Part shown: positions 31,920 through 41,746 of the stretch, piece after piece | Numbering within the stretch: position 1 is the first letter of the stretch | Layout of the letters: every line of letters starts with the position of its first letter | DNA from: Candidatus Sumerlaeaceae bacterium | GTDB taxonomy: Bacteria; Sumerlaeota; Sumerlaeia; Sumerlaeales; Sumerlaeaceae | Direction: 5' to 3' | Assembly: GCA_049968255.1 (NCBI GenBank) | Contig: JBMFRB010000006.1 | Span: forward strand, 190,207 to 254,206 | DNA: 64,000 nucleotides | The notes under the pieces: model-generated | What the model saw: only the letters and a program-made list of their open reading frames with translations | What the model was told of the DNA's origin: nothing | The model's database searches: none | Translations under genes and position numbers: made by a program

Positions 31920-32576
31920 ATTGAGGCCGGCTAAAAATTCGATAGCTGCTTGCGGATCGTGTCCGTAATGAGCGCCAATGCTCCGCGCGAAAGACTCACT
32001 GACCGGAGCTCCACCGACGATCACTGGGATGTCGAGCTCGCAACGGCGCAAGGACTCTATGACGACGGGCATCTGCTGCATGGTCGTGGTCAACAAGGCG
32101 GAGAGCCCTAGGGCCAGGGGCCGATGCTGGCGAACGGCCTCGACGAACTGTTCGGCTGGGACGCTCGTTCCGAGATCCACCACCTCCCACCCAGCGCCCT
32201 CGACCATGATTTTCACTAGATTTTTGCCGATATCGTGGACGTCGCCTTGCACAGTCCCAAGAACAAAAATCCCGCGACGTGGGACAGCGGCGCTTGCAAG
32301 GTGGGGCTTGAGAAGCTCGACGCCAGCTTTCATCGCTTTCGAGGCCATGAACACCTCGGGGAGAAAAATTTCTCCCGTGCAGAAGCGGCGCCCAACAATC
32401 TCCATCCCTGCCATAAGCCCATGGACGAGGATGCGCTGGGCTTCAATCCCTCCGGAGATTGCCTGCGTCACTTTTTCCGCCACACCCGCTTGTCCAGCCA
32501 GCGTAGGCGGATATTTCGATTGTGCATTGGCGTGTCCCATCGCCACGAGGTCTGCTATCTCTTTCAGGAGTTCCAT
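31917..32576 (-). CDS. Stand-alone corrinoid (B12-binding) protein, MtaC/MetH cap+B12 domain
   Basis: GEIFLPEV cap motif, GTVQGDVHDIGKNLV (DxHxxG), LSALLTTT, IVGGAP. Confidence 0.9.
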   Translation of the reverse strand: MELLKEIADLVAMGHANAQSKYPPTLAGQAGVAEKVTQAISGGIEAQRILVHGLMAGMEIVGRRFCTGEIFLPEVFMASKAMKAGVELLKPHLASAAVPRRGIFVLGTVQGDVHDIGKNLVKIMVEGAGWEVVDLGTSVPAEQFVEAVRQHRPLALGLSALLTTTMQQMPVVIESLRRCELDIPVIVGGAPVSESFARSIGAHYGHDPQAAIEFLAGLN

Positions 32577-33321
32577 CACGATTCTCCCTTAGTTTTTGGT
32601 TTTGACTGCGCTCGTTCTCGTGTCTGCTGAGAGGAAACAGCGAGAAAACCCCTGGCCGTCGCACGCGCGGAGCGCTCGTCCACCTTGCAATGACGTAAGC
32701 CTAAATCGGGTCAGCGCAGCGCACGTACGACGGTGCACCTGTCATTTTGCGAGCTCCTCGTCTAATGTGAGGATTTATTTCTCTTCCCGAGCGTCGGATG
32801 TCAAGACAAGGCGCCATAGCGCAAAGAGATGAGGGCGCTCAGTACCTCCAATGGCGGAGATTCGGACGAGTGGTGGTGCGACGACGCTCTTTTCTCCGTG
32901 CGTCGCGGTGGGGACGACGAAGAGATGTTTCGCGAAACAAGCCAGGGATGTGCTCGTCAGGAGCACATCGAAGCGTGGCAGAGAGAAAGAGAGTGAGGCT
33001 CCAAAGAGAGTCCGCCGAGTAGTGAACATTTGGCCAGAAGAGTGGCCCTCTGGCTCGTTAAGCTGGGCAGCAACACGCTTTTTCTGCCGACGATTGCTCG
33101 GAAAGACCTTGCTGGGCTGTGGGGCCATCCGGAGCAACGAGCGTCCCGCCTACGAAAGACTCGTGCCTTCGTTTGGGGCCGAAGTGGTGTTGGCTTTGCG
33201 GCGGTGTGATCATTTCTTCATAGTTCTGGCTCGATGACTACGCTTTGCTGCCAAGCATAGCAGCTCCGCCGTGAACGTGGCGTGTTGACATATGCAGTCC
33301 TCAGTGGCGAGGATCGCGACC

Positions 33322-36303
33322 ATGCAATCGCAAGAGATACGTCCCATCCGCAGAACTCGCTTGCCGGTGGGGATTGCGCTGGATGCTCTTACACTGACCA
33401 CCACTGTTCTGCTCATTCTCGCGTTTTATGTGCCGCGTTTTTCTCCCCATGCGAGCTTCGTGCTCGGTGATAGTCTCGATCAAAACGTGCCGCACCGGGT
33501 TTACGCCACGCAGCGTATCCAGCAGTGGCAGTTGCCCGAATGGTCAGATATGACCTTTGGCGGCTATCCTTTTCTCAGTGATCCGCAAACGGCAGTCTTT
33601 TTTCCGCCCTTTGCGGTGATGGAGCTCCTGGGGTGGATTCCGGACACATCACGCCGCTTCGATGCTGTGGCCTTGGGATTCGTACTCGCCGCGGGGCTGG
33701 GCGCCACAGCGCTCGCGCGTGGGTTGGGAGGGGGGCGGCTGGGAGCAATCGGCGCCGGTGTGTTCTTTGCACTCAATGGCTACATGGTGAATCATCTTTC
33801 CCACACGGTGATCACGAGCGCCATTGCTGCGGGTGTGTGGGGAATGTTTTTTTTGGCGCTAGCCTGTGCCCACGGCATGCCGCGTGCTTGGTGGGCTGCT
33901 GCCCTCTGCCTGGCCTCCTCGGTGCTGACAGGCCACTGGCAGACCTCCATGTTTGCGTGGTATGCCGCCACTGCTCTGGGCCTCTACCTCGTCCTTCGTG
34001 AAACTTTTCGCGGTCGTTCGCTCATGACGGGGTGGCGAAATTTCGTGGGACTGGCTTTCGTCTTTGTTGTGGCCGGGTTAGGCACTCTTGTGCAAGTGCT
34101 GCCGACTCTTGAGTTCTTGAAACATTCGACGCGCGAGAAGCTCGGCTTGAGCGATGCGCTGGCTTACTCGCTACCGCTTAAGCAGCTCGCTGGCCTTCTT
34201 GCGCCTGCATTTTATCAACCGCTGGTCTGGCGTGTTCCAGCTGAAAACCGTTGGGAGCTCTGCTGGAGCACGTGGGGCATGGACGGAGCGTGGGAGTTTC
34301 ATTTTTGGATCGGCATTGTGGCTGTGGCGTTGATGCTTTTCGGCTTGTTTGCTTACGCAAAACGCCTTTCGTCGTGGTTGTTGGCCGCAGCCCTTCTCTT
34401 TACTATCGTGGCCGCGATGGGCGAAGATTTTGCGCTTTATCGCTGGCTCTATTTTCACGTGCCAGGATTTCGTCAAATCCGTATTCCACCGCGGATGTTG
34501 TGGGTGGGATACCTGGCTGGAGCAGTTCTTCTCGGCCGAGGGGTAGACGCCGCCACGAGGATGCCGCGTTGGCCGTGGCGAAAATGGGCGCGAGCTGGCG
34601 CCATGCTTATGCTCCTTTGGCTTCTGGCTGCGATCGCCACTCTGCTCGCGTGGGCACTTTTTGTCACGGATAGCTGGGAATCGGCAGTCGAGATGTTGCT
34701 GGTGATTAATCCGAATTTCCGGGTTGGTGTACACCGGAGTGTGGAAGACTTCCTTGGGGACATCAGGGCGGCGGCATTCGTAGCAAGTTGTTTTTTCGTG
34801 GCGTCACTCGGCTGGCTGTGGTTGGCGGGTCGACGACGATCGCCTTCGCGAGCGCTTGGACTCGTTGCTGTTGTCTTGATGGCGGCGGAACTGACGGTCT
34901 ACGGAATCTACAAAAATATCCGCACCGATAGCGCGGGATTTTTTTCGGCCGTCACGCCCATGCATGCACTCATAGGCGAGCGCGTGGACGGTCGTCTCCA
35001 CTCGTTTGCGGTCGGCCCTTGGGAGAAAAACACCGGTGAAGCATCGGGAATTCCCCTGACGACTGGCTACAACCCAATGATACTTCGGTGGACCCATGCT
35101 TGCTTTCCCCCCGAAGAACCAACGCACGGTTGGAAATCGCGCGAGAGACTGCTGGATGTCTATAATGTCACGCACGTGGCGGCTCCTAGTGGCACTTGCA
35201 CTGTGGAGTTGCCGGGACTCTCTCGCCGCGCTGAGCTCACCACGGGTACGGGAAGCGTTTACCTTGCGCAGACAAGCGAGCAATTGAGCTCCACCTTAGA
35301 GATCTCAACGAAAGGTAAGGATCTCGCTGGCGTAGCCGTTGTCAGCGGCGCCATGGGAGTGTCTGGAGAAGCAGACGGCACGACTGTGGGCGTTGTGAGC
35401 TTGCTGGGTGAGCATGGCGACGAAATCACAAGTTTCGCGTTGCGCCTGGGGCACGAGACGGCCGAGTGGACGTATTTCGACCCAGGACTAGAGCTGAGTC
35501 CGGCTCACGTCGCACCGCCGCTCGCCTTCAAAGAGGGTCGCGATTTGTGCACATCGTCGACGGCTTATTTCTTGGCACGTTTCGACGTAAACACGACGAA
35601 GCCTGTGCGCACCGTGCGCATTCAAGCAAACCTCACTGCGCCACGGTGGCTCTCCGTGGCTCATGTGATCGAGATCACGAGCGAGGCACAGGCACACGTT
35701 CACCCCGCCGTGGAAGGTCTGGGCTATGTCGCGGTGCCATCGCGCGATCCCCGGCGCTGGATTTATTACCGGCGCCCGAGTGCTCTGGGCTGGGCATGGC
35801 TTGCGCCGGAGGCACAGCCAGTAAGCTACAAATCGAGTCTGCGGTGGGTGCGGCAGCGATTGGACGACCCTGCCTGGAATCCGAGGCGCACCGTGTGGGT
35901 GGACAAAAAGGCTTTTGCCACGACGGAATCGCTCGCTGCGCATAACGCGCAACGGCCCGCGGATTTTGTGGGACACTGCGAAGTCGAGCATCCTTATCCG
36001 GAGTTCTGGCGAATCCGCACACGCGGCAACGATCGAGCTTGGCTCTGCATTTCGAACACATGGTATCATGGGTGGCGCGCATCGGTCGACGGACGCAAGA
36101 CGCCGGTCGTGCGTGCCAATGGCCCGTTTATAGCTGTGCCAGTACCGGCGGGCGAGCACGTTGTCGAGCTTCGCTACTCGACGCCCTGGTTATGGCTAGG
36201 AGCGACCGTGAGCGCCCTAACCTGGACTGTGGCTCTGCTCGGGCTTATTGTCGGCTGGCAGCCCTGGGCCCGATTGATCCCAAAACAGGCAGCTCCAAAG
36301 TGA
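33322..36303 (+). CDS. YfhO-like large membrane protein (putative GT-C glycosyltransferase)
   Basis: GD..DQ..P and PEWSDMTFGGYPFLSDPQ after the first TM, GHWQ, RIPPR, C-terminal WYHGWRASVDG..AN..F.AVPVPAGEHVVELRY plus TM. Confidence 0.8.
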   Translation: MQSQEIRPIRRTRLPVGIALDALTLTTTVLLILAFYVPRFSPHASFVLGDSLDQNVPHRVYATQRIQQWQLPEWSDMTFGGYPFLSDPQTAVFFPPFAVMELLGWIPDTSRRFDAVALGFVLAAGLGATALARGLGGGRLGAIGAGVFFALNGYMVNHLSHTVITSAIAAGVWGMFFLALACAHGMPRAWWAAALCLASSVLTGHWQTSMFAWYAATALGLYLVLRETFRGRSLMTGWRNFVGLAFVFVVAGLGTLVQVLPTLEFLKHSTREKLGLSDALAYSLPLKQLAGLLAPAFYQPLVWRVPAENRWELCWSTWGMDGAWEFHFWIGIVAVALMLFGLFAYAKRLSSWLLAAALLFTIVAAMGEDFALYRWLYFHVPGFRQIRIPPRMLWVGYLAGAVLLGRGVDAATRMPRWPWRKWARAGAMLMLLWLLAAIATLLAWALFVTDSWESAVEMLLVINPNFRVGVHRSVEDFLGDIRAAAFVASCFFVASLGWLWLAGRRRSPSRALGLVAVVLMAAELTVYGIYKNIRTDSAGFFSAVTPMHALIGERVDGRLHSFAVGPWEKNTGEASGIPLTTGYNPMILRWTHACFPPEEPTHGWKSRERLLDVYNVTHVAAPSGTCTVELPGLSRRAELTTGTGSVYLAQTSEQLSSTLEISTKGKDLAGVAVVSGAMGVSGEADGTTVGVVSLLGEHGDEITSFALRLGHETAEWTYFDPGLELSPAHVAPPLAFKEGRDLCTSSTAYFLARFDVNTTKPVRTVRIQANLTAPRWLSVAHVIEITSEAQAHVHPAVEGLGYVAVPSRDPRRWIYYRRPSALGWAWLAPEAQPVSYKSSLRWVRQRLDDPAWNPRRTVWVDKKAFATTESLAAHNAQRPADFVGHCEVEHPYPEFWRIRTRGNDRAWLCISNTWYHGWRASVDGRKTPVVRANGPFIAVPVPAGEHVVELRYSTPWLWLGATVSALTWTVALLGLIVGWQPWARLIPKQAAPK

Positions 36304-36526
36304 ACTCTTTCTCCCCCCGAGCCGCGCCGAAGTCGATGCAAAACATAAAGCCGTCGGCTACAAATCATTGAAATGCCATAATTGACTGCAAAAGCGCATA
36401 GTGCGGTTCGAATTGAAATGCAGGGATGTTTTTTCGTAAAAGCGTGGGGGTCCATAAATGGAAATCAGCGATTGCGATTTAGCTGCCGAAACATAACCTG
36501 CGCTAGGCGCAGGGGAGTCTACGTCT

Positions 36527-39214
36527 ATGAGTACGCGAGCAGAGCGTGGGGTTTTAGCAATCCTGACGGTGCAGCGAGAGCAAGTCGTCGCAACAAGCGG
36601 CGACGTCCGGCAAATTCTGGGCCGCGGCAGCGACACGATTGAGGGAAAGGAGCTCCAGGAGCTGTTTGCGGCTGAGAGTGTGGCTGCGCTGCACAATGCG
36701 CGAAACGCGACACAATCCCCCTCAGTGCGCTGGCTGGCACTGACGGCACTCTGCCCAGCGGGCGAACCACGGGACGTCGAAGGGATTGTAATTGCCGGTG
36801 GCAACGTGTCGTCCGAAGAGTGGTTGCTTGTGCTGCAGCCGCAACCGCCGCTGCAAAGCACGGAACTTGACGCCATGCCGTGGGCGCTTCTTATGTTGCG
36901 TCCGCTTCTCGATCCCCAAGGCGACATTTTCGATTATCGTATCCGCTTTATCAACTCGCAGGCATGCAAGCTGTTCGGGGTCGAGAAAAAGCATGTGGAG
37001 GGGCGTCTTCTCACTGAAGCCCCTATGGGCTTTGAACGGGAATGGATCCGCCGCGTGGGCGAAGCTTATAGAACCCAGCAATGCGTGACGTTCCTTGGCC
37101 AAACCGAAGCTGGTGGCCGTTATTTCGAGCTGACCGCATTTCCTACCCAGCACGCAGATCTTGCGTGCTGCGTGAGTGACGTGACAAATCAGGTCGAGCG
37201 GCAGGAGCAGCTCGAAACAACGCTGCAGCGGTTAGAATATGTACTCGAAAGCTCGCCCATCATCTTGCACGTGCTGCGCTACGATGAGAGGCTTGGTGAT
37301 TTTGTTCCCGCATGGGTCAGCCCGAGCGTAGCATATGTTTTGGGCTACACAGTAGAGGAGGCGCTGCGGCCGGAGTGGTGGCTGGAGGTCATGAATCCAG
37401 AAGATCGTGACGTGGTGGCTCGCCACTCGAGAGAAGTATTGGCGAAGGGACAGCAGCAGCTTGAGTATCGCGTGCGCACCAAATGGGGGCGCGAGATTTG
37501 GATCCAAGATTTTGCGCGTGTGACCAAGGTGCACGACGGGCGACCGGTGGAAGTGCTTGTGACGTGGACGGATATCACGCGTCGCGTGATCAACGAACAG
37601 CTTCTCAAAGAGGAGATCCATCGGCATCAGACGATATACGAGCTCGGGCGGGCGTTTGCTGGGGAGATCACCGCAGGGGGGGTCGCACGGGCTGCGGTTC
37701 GCAAGTGTGCTGAGAACGTGGAGGCAAGCCTTGCCTGGATCGGATTGAAGGAGATTGACGGGACGATTCGGCCCATTGCCTCGTGGCCAGAGAACCACCC
37801 TTTCCTCGACGATCTTCAGGTGCGATGGGATAACACGCCCCTTTCGAAAGGGCCGACGGGACGCGCCGTGGTGACGGGATACGAGCAAAGTTTTCCTGAT
37901 TTCACAATCGAACCGTCCGTTGCTCCGTGGCGATCGCGTCTGAACGAGTTTGGTTTTCGTAGCGGTTTTGCGGTTCCGCTGATTCACAAAGGCCAGGTGT
38001 TGGGCAACCTCACTCTCTATTCCGATAAGAGCGGACATTTCGTGGGCCGTGGGGAGCAGATCATTCGGGAAGTTGCGCCATTTATTGCGGCTGAATTGTC
38101 GGGGCAATTATCCTACGACCTGGCCCAGCAAAGACTTCAGCAGCTCGAGGGGCTTCGCCGCATTGATTTACAAGTCATTGCGGATCCTAACCCTGAGCTG
38201 GTTATGGCCCAGCTACTGCAAGAAGTCATTGGTGGGCTTCAAGTTGATGCCGCAGCTGTCGTTTCAATCTCCGATCGTGAGCGAGGGAAAATCTTGTTGC
38301 ATAGTGGCTTCACGCAGTTTCCTCCCAACGAGTTCACGCTACCGTCGGGTGGTGTACGCCACAAGGCCGTAAAAACAAAATCCCGCGTTGTGGTGGAAAA
38401 TCCGTGCAGCATTCCCACGGAGTTTGCTCTAAGCGATTTTTTTGTGTCGCAAGGTTTTGCGTGGATTTGCGTACAACCGATTATGACGCCCGACCGTGTT
38501 CTGGCTCTCCTCGAACTTTACTCGCGCCGTAGGCTCACTCCTACGCAGGAATGGTTTATTCTCTTAGAGACGCTGGCGGGGCAAGGCGCGATTGGTTTGG
38601 AGTTGGCGTGGCACGTGGCACAAACGGCTCAGCATGCGGAGGAACTTCAGCTGGCTTACTCGGCAACGATGGAAGGCTGGGTGAAGGCTCTCGAAATGCG
38701 CGACCGTGAGACGGAAGGTCACACCCATCGGGTAACAGCCCTGACATTGAGGCTGGCCAAGCTTTCAGGCGTGCCGGAAGAACAATTGCCGCATATCGAG
38801 CGAGGTGCCCTGCTTCACGATTTAGGGAAGATTGGCATCCCTGACACGATCTTGCACAAACCTGGACCGCTCACCGACCAAGAGTGGGTAATCATGCGGC
38901 GGCACCCGGTGCTCGCCAAGGAAATGCTGGAGAAAATCGAGTATCTGCAGCCGGCAATGGACATTCCTTATTGCCACCACGAAAAATGGGATGGAACGGG
39001 CTATCCTCGCGGCCTCGCTGGTGAGGCGATACCGTGGCCTGCCCGTCTGTTCGCGGTAACGGACGTTTGGGATGCTTTGACGAGTGATCGACCTTATCGG
39101 AAGGCATGGCCAAAAGGAGAAGCGTTGGCCTACATCGCTGCGCAATCGGGGAAGCATTTTGACCCACGCGCAGTGGACCTCTTTCTCCAATTGGTTTCTC
39201 ATGGGGAAGCCTAG
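36527..39214 (+). CDS. PAS/GAF-containing HD-GYP c-di-GMP phosphodiesterase
   Basis: PAS/PAC and two GAF-like regions; RDRETEGHTHRV, LLHDLGKIG, HHEKWDGTGYP, DALTSDRPY. Confidence 0.92.
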   Translation: MSTRAERGVLAILTVQREQVVATSGDVRQILGRGSDTIEGKELQELFAAESVAALHNARNATQSPSVRWLALTALCPAGEPRDVEGIVIAGGNVSSEEWLLVLQPQPPLQSTELDAMPWALLMLRPLLDPQGDIFDYRIRFINSQACKLFGVEKKHVEGRLLTEAPMGFEREWIRRVGEAYRTQQCVTFLGQTEAGGRYFELTAFPTQHADLACCVSDVTNQVERQEQLETTLQRLEYVLESSPIILHVLRYDERLGDFVPAWVSPSVAYVLGYTVEEALRPEWWLEVMNPEDRDVVARHSREVLAKGQQQLEYRVRTKWGREIWIQDFARVTKVHDGRPVEVLVTWTDITRRVINEQLLKEEIHRHQTIYELGRAFAGEITAGGVARAAVRKCAENVEASLAWIGLKEIDGTIRPIASWPENHPFLDDLQVRWDNTPLSKGPTGRAVVTGYEQSFPDFTIEPSVAPWRSRLNEFGFRSGFAVPLIHKGQVLGNLTLYSDKSGHFVGRGEQIIREVAPFIAAELSGQLSYDLAQQRLQQLEGLRRIDLQVIADPNPELVMAQLLQEVIGGLQVDAAAVVSISDRERGKILLHSGFTQFPPNEFTLPSGGVRHKAVKTKSRVVVENPCSIPTEFALSDFFVSQGFAWICVQPIMTPDRVLALLELYSRRRLTPTQEWFILLETLAGQGAIGLELAWHVAQTAQHAEELQLAYSATMEGWVKALEMRDRETEGHTHRVTALTLRLAKLSGVPEEQLPHIERGALLHDLGKIGIPDTILHKPGPLTDQEWVIMRRHPVLAKEMLEKIEYLQPAMDIPYCHHEKWDGTGYPRGLAGEAIPWPARLFAVTDVWDALTSDRPYRKAWPKGEALAYIAAQSGKHFDPRAVDLFLQLVSHGEA

Positions 39215-40017
39215 CGGCCCTTTGACCAAATCCCGCGGCGGGCTTCGCGCGCCGCGCTCTCTGCACGCAAGTAAGGCGTGAGATCCTGGAAGGGATAGAA
39301 ATCCGACGGCTCGACGTACCCATAACCTTGTTCGAGCATGAACGTGTTGAGTTCTAGTGCGTCTGGCGTTTGGACGATGCCGAGGATATTGCCGTCGAGA
39401 TCGCGGAGGGGATCATTGAGCGTGATGCGAAGTTTCTGCCCACGGGTGAGCTCGCGCAGGCGGCGTGTGGCTTCGCGCACGTAATAGCGAATGACAGGAT
39501 CAGGATCGCGCTGGCCATAGCAGCGCACGCCGCGCAATCGCAATTGCTCGCCGGTGTCAAGAAGGAGGACGCACCGGTTGAGCACGTCAACAACTTCGGC
39601 CTCTGCGGGGGCATAGCGCACGAGCCCCTCCGGCGTTGTCTCCGTGCGAACGATGGTCCGGTTCGGATCACGCCGGCTGAGAGGTTCGAGCGGGGGCAAG
39701 GCCAGCGTGGAGAGAATGAGTCGCGAGTACTCTAAATCGCTGTAACGCTCGGGCGCAGCCCCGGGCAGCGGAGTGGGCTGGGGAACGATCTGAGTGACAA
39801 TGAATGGGCTAAGCTGGTAGCCAGTGACGCGCTGCGATGCGTAACGGTTATAAACTTCATCCGCTTTGCGGGAGGGGCCGGTGACGAAATCGGAGCGCGG
39901 CGGGGCAGATTGTGAGATCGCCGCAACAACACATAAGGTAAAAACGACCACAATGTGAATGATGCGCCCCAACCGTAAGCCACTCATCGCATAGCCCATG
40001 GGAATAAATGCTCTCAT
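39211..40017 (-). CDS. Exported thermonuclease (SNase)-fold protein, catalytic residues degenerate
   Basis: Signal-like N-terminus; LRLRGV, RDLDGNILG, LNTFMLEQGYG and AESAAREARRGIW SNase pattern. Start uncertain. Confidence 0.7.
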   Translation of the reverse strand: MRAFIPMGYAMSGLRLGRIIHIVVVFTLCVVAAISQSAPPRSDFVTGPSRKADEVYNRYASQRVTGYQLSPFIVTQIVPQPTPLPGAAPERYSDLEYSRLILSTLALPPLEPLSRRDPNRTIVRTETTPEGLVRYAPAEAEVVDVLNRCVLLLDTGEQLRLRGVRCYGQRDPDPVIRYYVREATRRLRELTRGQKLRITLNDPLRDLDGNILGIVQTPDALELNTFMLEQGYGYVEPSDFYPFQDLTPYLRAESAAREARRGIWSKGR

Positions 40018-40160
40018 GACTCGATCTCTTTGCGGTGGAGTATATCCCTAAGCGAAGCGGGATGTGCAATGAAAGTTTTTCTTTCTTCACGTTTTCTGAA
40101 TCCCTCCACGTGCACGGCATGGGAAGGGCATGCAACGAAGAAGAAATAAGGTGAGAGGCT

Positions 40161-40601
40161 ATGGTTTATCTACGGCGAAAAGTTGAGTTCTGCGCAAGTC
40201 ACCGCCTCTACAACGCGGCGCTAAGTGAAGAGGAGAATCGGGCTATTTACGGCCGATGTGCTAACCCAAGCGGGCACGGCCACAATTACACACTTGAGGT
40301 GACGGTGCGCGGAAGGATGGATCCGCGCACGGGGATGGTCATCGACCTCAAGCAACTTAAGCAGATTATCGTCGAGGAAATCGTGGAGCGTGTTGATCAC
40401 AAGAATCTGAACACAGATGTGGACTTTCTGCGCGACGTGATCCCGACTTCCGAGAACTTGGTCGTGAGTTTCTGGGGCCTACTGGAGAAGCGATTGGTAG
40501 GCATTTGCGAGCTTTACGAAGTGCGATTGTGGGAGACAGAAAACAATGTTGTCTTTTATCGAGGCGAGGACGAGGAAATTGTGCGCCACGGCACGCGGTG
40601 A
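40161..40601 (+). CDS. queD: 6-carboxytetrahydropterin / 6-pyruvoyltetrahydropterin synthase
   Basis: FCASHRL, CANPSGHGHNY, GMVIDL, DHKNLN, PTSENL, LWETENN. Confidence 0.85.
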   Translation: MVYLRRKVEFCASHRLYNAALSEEENRAIYGRCANPSGHGHNYTLEVTVRGRMDPRTGMVIDLKQLKQIIVEEIVERVDHKNLNTDVDFLRDVIPTSENLVVSFWGLLEKRLVGICELYEVRLWETENNVVFYRGEDEEIVRHGTR

Positions 40602-40734
40602 GCGGAAAAAAGCGCTGGGGAGGTAGCGCAAAGAGTACTCGCACGCCTGCAGGCACATAGCGTGTGGTTGTGAAAACGGTGGCATTGGACGAATCACGAC
40701 AATGCGGGCGATGGGAAGAAAGGGTGGTGTCGCG

Positions 40735-41562
40735 TCATTTCACGGCATCGAGCAGCTCGTCCACTGTGCGCGGCACGAGGTGAGCACGCTTGGGCTGGCC
40801 ATTCGCTCGGTAGAATCCGACCGTTCCGGCGCGAAAGGCTTGAAGCTGGCGCGCCAGATCTGCATCTGTCCGCATATCAATTTTCACCGCAATGAATTTT
40901 TTTGCGAGTGCCGCGCGCACGCGCGAGTCCCCGAAGATTTTCTCCTCCACGAAGCGCCCGTTATCCGAATCTGGGTTGGCGAAAAGAACAAGGATCTCTT
41001 TGTTCGATTTTTTTGCTGTTTCGAGTGCGTCCCGTATGGAGTTCTTCCATTCGATCGGTGGCGCCTGCATGATCCCTTCTGCCGCACCTGTTGTCGTTGC
41101 CGCCGACAGCTCCTGCACTGACGACTTAGCGAGTTCTGGCTTCGCTAGACCGAGCCAGATTTGATCGAATTTGTCGAGGTGCCCTTCCAAAGCCCCACGA
41201 AATTCGGCAATCGCGACGCGCGCTGTGATTTCTTGCCCCTCACGAAGCTTGTCGTTGAAAGGGATTTTGTTCCAAACGCCCGGCCAGATGGCGATGCGCA
41301 GATTGCCGGTGCCGTCGCTGAGGATAAACGAATGTGGGGCGGTTTCACGCCACGAGGCCTTATAGGCGGTGATCGTTCCCTGTATAGTTACTTCGCTGCG
41401 CAGATAGTTGCGATCTATTTGTGAAATCGGAACCACAAACCCAGCCTGGGCAGAGGGAGAACTTCCAGGCTGCCCCTGAGACACCGCAGCGACAGCAAGA
41501 AGTGCAATCATCATGCCCCCCACCACCGGTGTCGCGTACCCTTGACGCAATGCGCTTACCAT
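40735..41562 (-). CDS. Exported protein with OB-fold and thioredoxin-like domain lacking CxxC
   Basis: Hydrophobic signal (MMIALLAVAAVS), OB-fold pattern (EVTIQGTI..FILSDGTGNLRIAIW), Trx_7-like C-terminus (IEW..ALETAKKSNKEILVLF..KFIAVKID). Confidence 0.65.
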   Translation of the reverse strand: MVSALRQGYATPVVGGMMIALLAVAAVSQGQPGSSPSAQAGFVVPISQIDRNYLRSEVTIQGTITAYKASWRETAPHSFILSDGTGNLRIAIWPGVWNKIPFNDKLREGQEITARVAIAEFRGALEGHLDKFDQIWLGLAKPELAKSSVQELSAATTTGAAEGIMQAPPIEWKNSIRDALETAKKSNKEILVLFANPDSDNGRFVEEKIFGDSRVRAALAKKFIAVKIDMRTDADLARQLQAFRAGTVGFYRANGQPKRAHLVPRTVDELLDAVK

Positions 41563-41746
41563 GGAGCCACCTCTTTACTTGCCGAATAGGATTTATTACC
41601 TCAGCCGCTCGCATGGTTGCAAGAGCTATCTGGCCTGTTCACATTGTTTGGCGCGGCAGAGGCTAGGCAAAATTTCATGTTTACGTTGTGCAAGAAGAGG
41701 TAGCAGACTCGCGAGTGACAATTTGGCAAAAAGGATCACAGGGCTT

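Noticed and set aside
32359-32376. Fourth GAGAA-N4-TTCTC palindrome (GGGAGAA-AAAT-TTCTCCC)
   Set aside because: It lies mid-gene and encodes the conserved GEIFLP motif of the corrinoid protein, so coding constraint may explain it. Not counted as an operator, though an auxiliary site is not excluded.
32580-33290. Cobalamin riboswitch upstream of the corrinoid gene
   Set aside because: Fragments such as GCCACT and GGGAAG occur on the minus strand but not with B12-box spacing or context.
36290-36297. CAGCTCCA matching the tRNA-Thr 3' end as a possible attR
   Set aside because: Only 8 bp and inside a coding region; expected by chance.
40018-40160. preQ1 riboswitch before queD
   Set aside because: No preQ1-I stem with an A-rich tail is recognisable.
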